Under the pieces are notes generated by a model, which searched no databases, was not told the origin of the DNA, and was given only the letters and a program-made list of their open reading frames with translations. From positions 17,209 to 81,208 of the forward strand of contig JABWCK010000001.1 in NCBI GenBank assembly GCA_013360305.1: DNA of 64,000 bases, given 5' to 3'. A program made the position numbers and the translations under genes. This document shows positions 28,720-37,353 of this stretch, in pieces. The DNA is from Candidatus Micrarchaeota archaeon (GTDB taxonomy: Archaea; Micrarchaeota; Micrarchaeia; Norongarragalinales; Norongarragalinaceae). Positions within the stretch are counted from its first letter, which is position 1. Each line of letters opens with the position of its first letter.

Positions 28720-29025
28720 GTGAAGTATTATTGCAAGAATTGTAGGAACGAGTTCGAAGCAGAAGACGCTGAAGCATGTCCAAAATGCCACAGTAAGCAC
28801 TTGGATAAAAAACAAGAAGACTCTAAACCCACGACTGAGAAAAAGTTTTACTCTTCTACAGGAATGGTTTACGGCGACACAAAGCAAGCTTGGAAGAGTT
28901 TTCACTCACAAAGCCTGACTACTCAATGCAGGAAGTGCGGTTCTGAAAAATTCAAGAACGACGTAAAACACCGTGAGAGAATTTGTTCTCAATGCGGAGA
29001 AATTTATCCACTGCCAAGGAGATAG
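28720..29025 (+). CDS. Double zinc-ribbon protein (C-terminal TFIIB-type ribbon)
   Basis: CKNC..CPKC and CRKCGS..ERICSQCG. Confidence 0.75.
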   Translation: MKYYCKNCRNEFEAEDAEACPKCHSKHLDKKQEDSKPTTEKKFYSSTGMVYGDTKQAWKSFHSQSLTTQCRKCGSEKFKNDVKHRERICSQCGEIYPLPRR

Positions 29026-29029
29026 GAAA

Positions 29030-29182
29030 ATGGGCTTTCTAGATTTTGTCGGCGATTTGAAAAACTTCGTAATGGTTAGTTACTACTCTATTTTCGAAAT
29101 ATTATTCGGGGCTTATACTGTGCCAATATATGTTTGGTTGTTAATTGGCGTATTATTCGCCATAGCTTTCCTAGCAAGATGA
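29030..29182 (+). CDS. Small membrane protein
   Basis: MGFLDFVG...WLLIGVLFAIAFLAR, GGAGA RBS. Confidence 0.55.
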   Translation: MGFLDFVGDLKNFVMVSYYSIFEILFGAYTVPIYVWLLIGVLFAIAFLAR

Positions 29183-29274
29183 AAAAATTCAAGTTTAAAC
29201 CCTACGAAAAACCCTTCTTAGTCTTTATTACGCTAGTGATAGTTTTGTTTTTGTTCATGGTTTACGCCTCTTAA
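29179..29274 (+). CDS. Unlisted 31-aa single-TM microprotein
   Basis: MKKFKFKPYEKPFLVFITLVIVLFLFMVYAS. ATGA overlap with the upstream ORF. Confidence 0.45.
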   Translation: MKKFKFKPYEKPFLVFITLVIVLFLFMVYAS

Positions 29275-29332
29275 GCGGAACGAAACCCCAATAAGAGTTA
29301 AAAATACTCTTCCACCCTATAACTTGTTTTGA

Positions 29333-32002
29333 ATGAATTTAAGCAAAGAAATTATTGACTTATTGAAAACCAAGGGCTTTGATGACTTTAGCGAAGCCCA
29401 GAAGCAAGCAATTCCCCTCATTAAAGACAAGCACGACGTATTGGTGATTGCTCCAACTGGTTCAGGCAAAACCGAAGCAGCCGTATTACCAATACTCGAC
29501 TCTATTCTAGAAAAGAAAAAGAAAGGAGAAGCAGTACTAGGCATTCAAGCACTATACATTACTCCTCTTCGTGCATTGAATCGAGACATGCTGCTTAGGT
29601 TGAACTTTTGGTGTGACTTACTAGGGATAACTATCGGAGTACGCCACGGAGATACTTCTTCTTCTGAACGAGCCAAGCAAAGAGATTTACCACCTAATTT
29701 TTTGATTACTACTCCCGAAACACTCGAGTCGTTGTTAATTGCTCCAAAATTGTCCGATTACTTGAAGAACGTTGAATTCGTTGTTGTTGATGAAGTGCAT
29801 GAGCTAGTCGACTCGAAGAGGGGCATTCAATTAAGCGTTGCTTTACAAAGACTAAAACAAAAAACTAGTTTTCAAACAATCGGTTTGTCTGCTACTGTGG
29901 GCGACGAAAAACTGGTTTCAAGATTCTTAAGCGATACCGCAAAAACCGTAAAAATTGGTTTGCCTAAAAAAATTCTTTTTTCCGTAGAATTGCCAACCAA
30001 GTCAAAAAAATCTTACTTAGGCTTAAGCAATGAAACTAATTCCAAACTAGGTAGAATAATCGACTTGATTTTAACTCACAATAGGTCTTTAATTTTTGTT
30101 AATACTCGATACACTGCAGAAAGTTTGGCGTCGTTGTTAATGCAGATTCCAGATGCTAAAGACTCGATTGCAGTGCATCATTCTTCACTATCCAAGGAAA
30201 GCCGTTTGGAAGTAGAGGAAGAATTCAAGAAAAACGCTTCAAAACTAAAAGCAATAATTTGCACTTCAAGCCTAGAATTAGGAATAGATGTCGGTGCGAT
30301 TGATTTAGTAATACAATACGTTTCTCCCCGTCAAGCTTCTCGTTTGCTTCAAAGAGTTGGTCGAAGCGGCCACAAACTAACCGGCGTGCCCAAGGGAATA
30401 ATTGTAGCTACTGACGCAATGGATGCGTTGGAAGCTGCTGCTTTAACCCACAAAGCAACTCTGGGTAGGTTGGAAGAATTATTGTACGAAGCAAAACCTT
30501 ATGACATTTTAATCCACCAACTAGCTGGTTTAGCTTTAGACTACGAGTCAATCACTAAAACTAAAGCGTTAGAAATAATTCAAAAAGCACTACCCTTCGT
30601 TAACTTGTCCATGGAAGAAGTAACTGCAGCATTAGAATTCATGCAGCAATTAAGAATAATCATCCTGACCCCGACCGGCTTCGTAAAAACCAGCCGCACT
30701 AAGTGGTATTATTACGAAAACGTTTCAATGATTCCCGACGACAAAAAGTATTTCGTTAAAAATTATTCCACTCGCAAAAACGTTGGAGTATTAGACGAAG
30801 CATTCGTTTCTGAATACTTACAAGAAGGAAAAACGTTTATTACTCGCGGAAAAGCATGGAAAGTCGTTTCAATTGAAGACAACGAGTTGATTGTAGAACA
30901 AGCTGAAGATTATACTGCCGCAGTTCCAGACTGGGTCGGTCAAGAAATACCTGTAGAAGAAGACACGGCACAACTAGTATTATCCTTCTTCCAAGGCAAA
31001 AACCAAGACGTATTGAAAGAATACTGCGACGAGCCGGCTTTGAAAAGCATTGAAAAATTATTGAAAAAACAAGCTGAATACTTCACTCCAGAAAAAGTAG
31101 TAATAGAATTCAACGGAGACGCCGCGTTGATGCACTCGTTTGCAGGAAATAAGGCAAACGAAGCACTCGCTAGAATATTCGGCGCGTTCTTTTCATCTGC
31201 ATTAGGTTCGGGAGTTAGAACCAACTCGAACACGTATGGGGTTTTCTTTGAATTTCCACAACCCGTTTCTTTAGAAAAACTATCAACGCTTATTGAAACT
31301 GCTTCAAAATCAAACGTGGAAGTCGTGCTAGAAAAAGCATTACTAGAAACCTCTTTGTACCGAAGGTTATTCGTTCACAATGCTAAAAGAATGGGCGCGA
31401 TAAAAAAAGACGCGGATTATTCCTCGATTAGCTTAAAACGTTTAGTCAAAGCATTTCAAGGCAGCATAGTTGAAGAAGAAGCCTTGAAGGAATTAAAACA
31501 CGAGTATTTTGATTTAGCTTCTGCTAAAAAGTGCCTGAGTAAAGAAAAACAATTTTTAGTAGTAAAAAACTGGTCGCCTTTAGCACAAGCGTTCTTTTCA
31601 TTCGGAGGATTTACTGAATTATTTGTTCCTGCTGACCCGACGAGTCAAGTTACTGAAGCATTCAAGAAAAGTTTAGAAGAAAAAACAGTTCGATTGAAGT
31701 GTTTGTACTGCAATAAAACTTTCGCTTATGCTTTGTCTTCAAGCGAACAACCTGCTTGTTTTTATTGCAATTCAAAAAGACTAACTCTAGAAAAAGCAAA
31801 AGGCAACGACGCTGAAAGAATAGGTTCTTTAGTTTCGTCTTATGGCAAGAACGCGTTGATTGCTTTAGAAACTTACGGCGTAGGCAGCGAAAACGCGGCG
31901 CGAGTCTTATCCCGGCTGCACAAGAATGAAGACGAGTTTTATGTGGATTTGCTTGAAGCACAAAAAACCTTCATGCGCACTAAAAAATACTGGCGGGTTT
32001 AA
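29333..32002 (+). CDS. lhr: Lhr family ATP-dependent helicase
   Basis: APTGSGKT, TTPET, DEVH, SSLELGID, QRVGRSGH, C-terminal CxxC pair. Confidence 0.93.
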   Translation: MNLSKEIIDLLKTKGFDDFSEAQKQAIPLIKDKHDVLVIAPTGSGKTEAAVLPILDSILEKKKKGEAVLGIQALYITPLRALNRDMLLRLNFWCDLLGITIGVRHGDTSSSERAKQRDLPPNFLITTPETLESLLIAPKLSDYLKNVEFVVVDEVHELVDSKRGIQLSVALQRLKQKTSFQTIGLSATVGDEKLVSRFLSDTAKTVKIGLPKKILFSVELPTKSKKSYLGLSNETNSKLGRIIDLILTHNRSLIFVNTRYTAESLASLLMQIPDAKDSIAVHHSSLSKESRLEVEEEFKKNASKLKAIICTSSLELGIDVGAIDLVIQYVSPRQASRLLQRVGRSGHKLTGVPKGIIVATDAMDALEAAALTHKATLGRLEELLYEAKPYDILIHQLAGLALDYESITKTKALEIIQKALPFVNLSMEEVTAALEFMQQLRIIILTPTGFVKTSRTKWYYYENVSMIPDDKKYFVKNYSTRKNVGVLDEAFVSEYLQEGKTFITRGKAWKVVSIEDNELIVEQAEDYTAAVPDWVGQEIPVEEDTAQLVLSFFQGKNQDVLKEYCDEPALKSIEKLLKKQAEYFTPEKVVIEFNGDAALMHSFAGNKANEALARIFGAFFSSALGSGVRTNSNTYGVFFEFPQPVSLEKLSTLIETASKSNVEVVLEKALLETSLYRRLFVHNAKRMGAIKKDADYSSISLKRLVKAFQGSIVEEEALKELKHEYFDLASAKKCLSKEKQFLVVKNWSPLAQAFFSFGGFTELFVPADPTSQVTEAFKKSLEEKTVRLKCLYCNKTFAYALSSSEQPACFYCNSKRLTLEKAKGNDAERIGSLVSSYGKNALIALETYGVGSENAARVLSRLHKNEDEFYVDLLEAQKTFMRTKKYWRV

Positions 32003-32118
32003 ATTTTTTTCTTCAAAAAACCTTTTTCCGGAATAAACTCGATAGAAAACTCGCCTTTAGGTGGTTCTTCTTCAGAAAAATCCGGCTCAATTATTTTAAC
32101 TAGCTTGGGTTTTTTCAT
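31999..32118 (-). CDS. Unlisted 39-aa ORF translationally coupled to E2
   Basis: MKKPKLVKIIEPDFSEEEPPKGEFSIEFIPEKGFLKKKI. TAATG overlap with the E2 stop. Confidence 0.45.
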   Translation of the reverse strand: MKKPKLVKIIEPDFSEEEPPKGEFSIEFIPEKGFLKKKI

Positions 32119-32591
32119 TAAATTATCCTCGGCTTGTTGGGTTTTTTATCCTCGAAAACACCTTCAAGTGCGTTAGGGTTTTGTTCAAAAAATTTAGCCG
32201 CTTCCTTGTTCAACGGATCCCTCGGGTTGGGGTGTTTCAATAAGTGTTCCAATGCCTTAACTACCGAAACCACTGTTTGGTTCTCGCTCCAATCATTAAC
32301 TAATTGAATGCAAACAATTCCATCTTCTGCCCGAATATTTGGGTGAAATATTGGCGTAAGCCAGTAAACCATTATTCCTCCCGGGTAAGGATAACTGCGC
32401 AACAAGTCTATTTCTGCAGTGTGGGATTCTCTTTTCATCAAAGAATTATTTTGCTTATGCAACGCCGGCCCGTGCACGGTTACTACGTACTTGTTTTTTT
32501 CAGGATTAACTTCAAACTTGAATCCCGATGAAAGCATTTGATTATATTCGCTTTGCAAGCGGCGGTTGTATATTTCCGAAGGTAATTCCAT
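32118..32591 (-). CDS. Ubiquitin-conjugating enzyme E2 (UBC fold)
   Basis: RRLQSE, YP, TPIFHPNI...G.VC(active Cys)I, W, PNP.DPLN.EAA. Confidence 0.93.
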   Translation of the reverse strand: MELPSEIYNRRLQSEYNQMLSSGFKFEVNPEKNKYVVTVHGPALHKQNNSLMKRESHTAEIDLLRSYPYPGGIMVYWLTPIFHPNIRAEDGIVCIQLVNDWSENQTVVSVVKALEHLLKHPNPRDPLNKEAAKFFEQNPNALEGVFEDKKPNKPRII

Positions 32592-32855
32592 TCAAAGCGC
32601 CTCTTTAACAGACTGAATTCCTTCCCTGCTCAACCCACGAATAGCTATGTAGTGATAATTAGCCTGCATTCCAATGCTTTCTGCCCGCGCGTTAGAAAAG
32701 TTTTGTTGAAAAAACGAATTCAAACTCTTTATCGTCGGTTCTGGAGATGGGTTGTTGATGGTGTTGAGTTTGATTATTATTTCAGTATCCGTGAATTCGG
32801 CCTTCAAAGAATAAGGTTTTAGTTTGGAAGCTAGTTTCTCGAAAAACTCGTTCAT
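32592..32855 (-). CDS. Hypothetical protein within the ubiquitin cluster
   Basis: 87-aa ORF abutting the E2 start with a 0-bp gap. Confidence 0.65.
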   Translation of the reverse strand: MNEFFEKLASKLKPYSLKAEFTDTEIIIKLNTINNPSPEPTIKSLNSFFQQNFSNARAESIGMQANYHYIAIRGLSREGIQSVKEAL

Positions 32856-32890
32856 GTCATTACTTACTCAAGAAAAGAATAAACGCTTTT

Positions 32891-33736
32891 CTACAACCAG
32901 CCTTTCTTCTTCATCCACAAGGCGGCGGTTAGTGTTACTATTATTTGGCCGACAATTACTGCCGGATACGCCCATTCGATTGCTAATTCGGGCATGTATA
33001 TGAAATTCATTCCAAAGTGTCCTGCTATGATGTTTGGAATCATTAAAACAATCGTTATTCCTGTCAATCTTTTTACTACGAGGTTCAATTCTTCAATTCT
33101 CTTGTTAGTTTCTTTAGTTTGTTTAGAGTCAATTTCCCACTGAATGTCCCTCAACTGGCTTAAATGGTTTCTACAACGGTCGAGTAATTGTTGCGCTTTA
33201 GTGTAAACCAAGTCGTAATCGTAAGCAACCAATCCCGTGTTTACTTGTTTTATTTTTCTTTCTTCCAAACTAGTCAACAATATTACGAAGTCTTCGATTC
33301 TGTTAGTGAGTTTTCTTAATTTTACCGTCGCGTCTTCTACGATTTCTGCTTTCAAACCTTTTTCTATTACGTCAATGTTTTCGTCTATTTGGTTGAATGT
33401 TTGCTGATAGTTTTTGACTATTGCTCTGAGCGTAAGCAAGCTCAAAACCGAACTCTCTCCGTATTGTTTTTGCATTGAAATGCGAAACATTTTGTAATCA
33501 TTGTCGTTGAATTGCTTGTTTTCCGAATAAAGCAAGGCGTTTTTCTCGCTGAGCAAAAGAATATTGTTTTTTGGTTCATTAGTTCCGTTATAGTCGCGCA
33601 CGCTGATGATTACGTAATCTTCGTAAGACTCTAAGAAGACGATGTTTAAACTAAGCAATTCATCCAAGTTTACGGCTACGCCTAGTTCAATAGCTCTTTT
33701 TTTAAAGTCGTCAAAATTAACGAAGGTTTCAATCAT
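32891..33736 (-). CDS. corA: CorA-family divalent cation transporter
   Basis: KRLT..T...IP....G.FGMNF..MPEL...W.YP, two C-terminal TM helices. Confidence 0.9.
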   Translation of the reverse strand: MIETFVNFDDFKKRAIELGVAVNLDELLSLNIVFLESYEDYVIISVRDYNGTNEPKNNILLLSEKNALLYSENKQFNDNDYKMFRISMQKQYGESSVLSLLTLRAIVKNYQQTFNQIDENIDVIEKGLKAEIVEDATVKLRKLTNRIEDFVILLTSLEERKIKQVNTGLVAYDYDLVYTKAQQLLDRCRNHLSQLRDIQWEIDSKQTKETNKRIEELNLVVKRLTGITIVLMIPNIIAGHFGMNFIYMPELAIEWAYPAVIVGQIIVTLTAALWMKKKGWL

Positions 33737-33765
33737 TGCTAAATGAATTAACTATTTAGTTGTTT

Positions 33766-34014
33766 TTAAGCTGAGCCCCCTGTTGGATCAGGGATTAATA
33801 GCAATTTAGCTCCTTCTGTCAGACCCGCATCTTGAATCGTGAGCGTCGGTTCGAGTATTTTGTTGTCTTCAGTGGATAAAATAAACCTGTCTTTTAACTG
33901 CAAGTTTTCCATTAATACTTCCAAAACACTTTGGATTGTGAATTCTGGCTCCACTGCCATAGTTATTTCTTTACCTGAAGTAGTTTGAATAATCACGATA
34001 TTAAACTCAGTCAT
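33766..34014 (-). CDS. Ubiquitin-like protein (pro-form ending GG-SA)
   Basis: TTSGKEITMAVEPEFTIQSV aligns with ubiquitin [20 protein letters not shown]. C-terminus is LLLIPDPTGGSA. Confidence 0.88.
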   Translation of the reverse strand: MTEFNIVIIQTTSGKEITMAVEPEFTIQSVLEVLMENLQLKDRFILSTEDNKILEPTLTIQDAGLTEGAKLLLIPDPTGGSA

Positions 34015-34061
34015 TTGCTTTTCACCACTTTTTATTTTCGGAAAGAGATTTTATATTAGTT

Positions 34062-34724
34062 TTGAGTGGTTCTTATATGCCTGCGGATTCAGATGATTTG
34101 AAAGAGTATAGTTTTGCTGAAAGCGATTTCGTTGCTAAGAAAAAAAAGCCAGAGCCCTTCGTCAGTGGAGCCGTTGAACGTTCCGTTGACGCTGAACCCA
34201 AACCAGATTTAAAACCCGCCGCCCCTAAAGAAATTACTCCCCAGCCAAAAATCGTTTCACCCACTAGACCTGCAGTTTTCGTTACCGGCATTGTACAAAA
34301 AGAAAAAACCCCAAAAGAAGAGCCAAAGACTGAAGACTCTCGAGTAATCGATTCATTACCTAAAGAAGAGCCTTTGAAAGTAACTGAAGAAGAAAAGCCA
34401 AAGAAATTATTTGAAGAAAAAAAACCAGAAGTAAAAAACGTCAAGCAACCCGAAAAAAAACCAGCCGTAAAGAAAACCGTTGACTGGAGCTTGTTTGATG
34501 AAGCTGTTTCTAAAGGAAAGACGCCCAACCAAGCCGTAGAACTAGCTACTGACAAAGACGTAGTAAAACAAATACGCCAAGACGCTTCAGCTGATATTTT
34601 ACCTGTCCAAAGAAGCGTCGACCGAGCATTAAACAAGGAAGCTCAAGCGCAGGAAGCCATTCGAAAATATGAAGAAAACAAAGCAAAGAAAAAGGGTTTT
34701 CTTCAAAAACTCTTTGGCGGTTAA
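34062..34724 (+). CDS. Low-complexity P/K/E-rich protein with C-terminal amphipathic helix ending GG
   Basis: Disordered composition, ends KKKGFLQKLFGG. Confidence 0.7.
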   Translation: MSGSYMPADSDDLKEYSFAESDFVAKKKKPEPFVSGAVERSVDAEPKPDLKPAAPKEITPQPKIVSPTRPAVFVTGIVQKEKTPKEEPKTEDSRVIDSLPKEEPLKVTEEEKPKKLFEEKKPEVKNVKQPEKKPAVKKTVDWSLFDEAVSKGKTPNQAVELATDKDVVKQIRQDASADILPVQRSVDRALNKEAQAQEAIRKYEENKAKKKGFLQKLFGG

Positions 34725-34726
34725 CC

Positions 34727-35158
34727 TTGTACGAAATATACTTCGAACCAACTCCATTCAAGCAAGCATTAAGCCATTTTAAACGCGAAGCAGGAAAAAA
34801 CCTTGAAGCACTAGGCTTATTGCTCGGAGAAGTGCGAATTCACAACGGCAGGAAGTACGTGGTAGTAAAGGAATACGTTACTGCAGAAAACCACGCGTCA
34901 AGCATTTCGGTTCGATTTACTCAAAACGCATTCAAAGAACTGTCTCCAAAACTAAGCGACAAAATAATCGTTGGATGGATTCATTCACATCCTTCGTATG
35001 GTTGTTTCTTGTCCAGCACTGACGTGCGCACACAACAAGCCTTCTTCAACGAAGACTATAACTTTGCATTCGTAATAGATCCCGTTCAAAATGATTACCG
35101 CGCGTTTAGAGTAAAAAACGGACGGTATTATGAAGTTTCATTCGCAGTAATTGATTAA
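34727..35158 (+). CDS. JAB/MPN+ (Rpn11-like) metalloprotease
   Basis: EALGLLLG, GWIHSHPSYGCFLSSTD JAMM motif, VIDP. Confidence 0.93.
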   Translation: MYEIYFEPTPFKQALSHFKREAGKNLEALGLLLGEVRIHNGRKYVVVKEYVTAENHASSISVRFTQNAFKELSPKLSDKIIVGWIHSHPSYGCFLSSTDVRTQQAFFNEDYNFAFVIDPVQNDYRAFRVKNGRYYEVSFAVID

Positions 35159-35863
35159 ATGAAGAAAACAAAACGCAAGGAAAAAATCAAGGGCTTCGAC
35201 AAAAAATTGTTCGAAGTAGTTTCTAGCGGAGTCACTAACAAGAAAATCATTCTCGAATCCCTAGTCGTAGACGAAGGAGAATTCGACAAACGCGTTTCTT
35301 CACTGATTAAAAAGAAATTATTCGTCTACTCCGGCGAAGACTTGAAACTAGGCATTAACGCATTCGACTACTTTAAGGAAAAACCCAAGAAGACAAAACC
35401 AAAAGAAGAATCCTTAATCGAAAAATTATCTATTCCAGAAAACCCTATCGTCGTACAAACTCCTCCAAAAATCGAGCCTGAAACGAAAGAAGAACCAAGA
35501 ATAGACTTAGATTCACTACTACGTTCGGGCGCTCCAAAAGAAAACGTAATGCAAAAAACCCTGGAAGACAAGGTACTCGTTGTTTCAAGTCCACAACAAT
35601 TATCTGCCGCTGTTGGGAAGCCATTAATGACTGAAGGAGAAGAAGCCTGCGAATTATGCAAAGCAAACTTCAAGTTAAACGTCAAAAACACTTCCGACTC
35701 CAAATACGGCCACTGCTTCTGTGGGGCTGCGTATCATAAGGATTGTTATTCTGCATTACTTAATGGAACAACTCGCTGCGTTCGCTGCGGAAGAAAACTA
35801 GAACTAGTATTAGACAAACAAACAGAACAAGCACTCAAAGGACTACGCGGAGTATTCGATTAA
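35159..35863 (+). CDS. wHTH plus C4HC3 RING-like protein, candidate E3 ligase
   Basis: C-x2-C-x18-C-x-C-x4-H-x2-C-x10-C-x2-C at 35648-35788. N-terminal wHTH-like segment. Confidence 0.8.
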   Translation: MKKTKRKEKIKGFDKKLFEVVSSGVTNKKIILESLVVDEGEFDKRVSSLIKKKLFVYSGEDLKLGINAFDYFKEKPKKTKPKEESLIEKLSIPENPIVVQTPPKIEPETKEEPRIDLDSLLRSGAPKENVMQKTLEDKVLVVSSPQQLSAAVGKPLMTEGEEACELCKANFKLNVKNTSDSKYGHCFCGAAYHKDCYSALLNGTTRCVRCGRKLELVLDKQTEQALKGLRGVFD

Positions 35864-36594
35864 TGCAGCGGACAGTCTCTTCTTTGAGAAACCTCGTAAA
35901 TCACTACTTCATTCTTTAACCCATTAAAGAAAGCGTATTTTCCAACTAACGCAGGCAATCCGTGAACTAGCTTGATGAATTCGTTTACTTGCATTGAAGC
36001 AATAACGCTAGTCGTCGTCGCTAAAGCAGGCATTTTAGAACTCATAAAGTCCAAAACTTCTCCCACGCAAGAATATTTTTTCCACAAAATCTTGTAATCG
36101 CTCTTAGTCAAAGAACACTCTAAGCACGCAGTCTTGTCAACTACTTGAATTTTACCGTTAAACGCGTTAGTTCCACCGTCAATTAAAATTATTTTCCCGA
36201 AACACTTAGCATTCAAATGAATCCTGGCAGCTAAGTTGTCAAGACAAGAAAAACAATAATCAAAACCCGCAAAGAATTCCTCACTCAATTCTTCCAACCG
36301 CTTGTCAACTGCAGTAATCTCGCTGGAATTGTTTAGTTTTTCCGCCTTCTCCTTCAAAACAAAACACTTCTTCTTCCCTACATCTTCAAGGGAAAAAAAC
36401 ACGCACCTATTCAAATTAACTTCCGCAATCTCGTCATAATCAACAATAGTAATCTTTCCTACTCCTAGTTGTACTAGTAACTTGACTGCTTCATTGCCTA
36501 ACGCTCCCGCTCCCAAGACTAAAACGTTCTTTGAACTAATTTTTTCCTGGCTCCAACCTTGAATTCTTTTTTGTCGATCGAAAACGTCAGTCAC
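35860..36594 (-). CDS. Ubiquitin-activating enzyme E1 (ThiF/UBA family)
   Basis: FDRQ, GAGALGNE, NLNR, CLDN, CLEC, YSC (putative catalytic Cys), CPLH. Confidence 0.9.
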   Translation of the reverse strand: MTDVFDRQKRIQGWSQEKISSKNVLVLGAGALGNEAVKLLVQLGVGKITIVDYDEIAEVNLNRCVFFSLEDVGKKKCFVLKEKAEKLNNSSEITAVDKRLEELSEEFFAGFDYCFSCLDNLAARIHLNAKCFGKIILIDGGTNAFNGKIQVVDKTACLECSLTKSDYKILWKKYSCVGEVLDFMSSKMPALATTTSVIASMQVNEFIKLVHGLPALVGKYAFFNGLKNEVVIYEVSQRRDCPLH

Positions 36595-36630
36595 AATAAT
36601 CTTTTACTATCTCAAAGCATAAAACTAGTT

Positions 36631-37353
36631 ATGCCGCTTATTGTTTGCTCTAGTCAAAACGAGCTAGGCCTCAACGCTTTCAATTTGCTACAAGAAAAAA
36701 AAGCAAACTGCTTGCTGTTAGAAGAAAACGCTTTGTACTCGAAAAAACAATTCGAAACCGATTTGGTAGTGTATTGTTATACTCACAAGAGTTCCTCGAA
36801 CGAGCCTTGTTTTACTACCCACAGCCAAGGCAATTTTAGTGAAGCAAAACTAGGCGGGGAAGAAAAAACCCTAGCAAACACGTCAGGCACTGCCGTGAAA
36901 CTAGCTTACACCGAATTACTCAAACAAACCAACTTGCCTGTTTTTTTGGAAGCTACTCACCACGGACCAACCTCGCTTCATTCTCCCTCATTATTTATAG
37001 AGTTAGGTGCTACTCCGAAGCAATGGACTGACTTAGAATTACTAAATAACTTAACTAGTGCTTGCATTTCCGTAGCTGAAAAATTCAAGCCTACGCAAAA
37101 AGCGGTTTTAGGCTTTGGAGGCACTCATTACTGCAACGCCTTCCTGGAACTAGCAAAAAAAGAAAGTTTTTCGTTTATTTGCTCAAAACACTACCTGGAT
37201 TTTATTGATGCAGAAATGATTGAACAAATGGTTTCCAAAACAATCGAGCCAGTAACAAAAGCATTCGTCGACAAAAAAGGCTGTTCGGGCGAGCAAAGGC
37301 GAAAAATAATCTCGCTACTTGAAGAAAAAGCAATCGAATGCGAACTAGTTTAG
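36631..37353 (+). CDS. dtdA: D-aminoacyl-tRNA deacylase (DTD2/DtdA)
   Basis: H.S, TTH..GN, EATHHGPT, FIELG, GFGGTHY. Confidence 0.9.
   Translation: MPLIVCSSQNELGLNAFNLLQEKKANCLLLEENALYSKKQFETDLVVYCYTHKSSSNEPCFTTHSQGNFSEAKLGGEEKTLANTSGTAVKLAYTELLKQTNLPVFLEATHHGPTSLHSPSLFIELGATPKQWTDLELLNNLTSACISVAEKFKPTQKAVLGFGGTHYCNAFLELAKKESFSFICSKHYLDFIDAEMIEQMVSKTIEPVTKAFVDKKGCSGEQRRKIISLLEEKAIECELV

Noticed and set aside
34073-34636. 187-aa minus-strand ORF in the ubiquitin cluster
   Set aside because: Antisense shadow of the P/K/E-rich gene.
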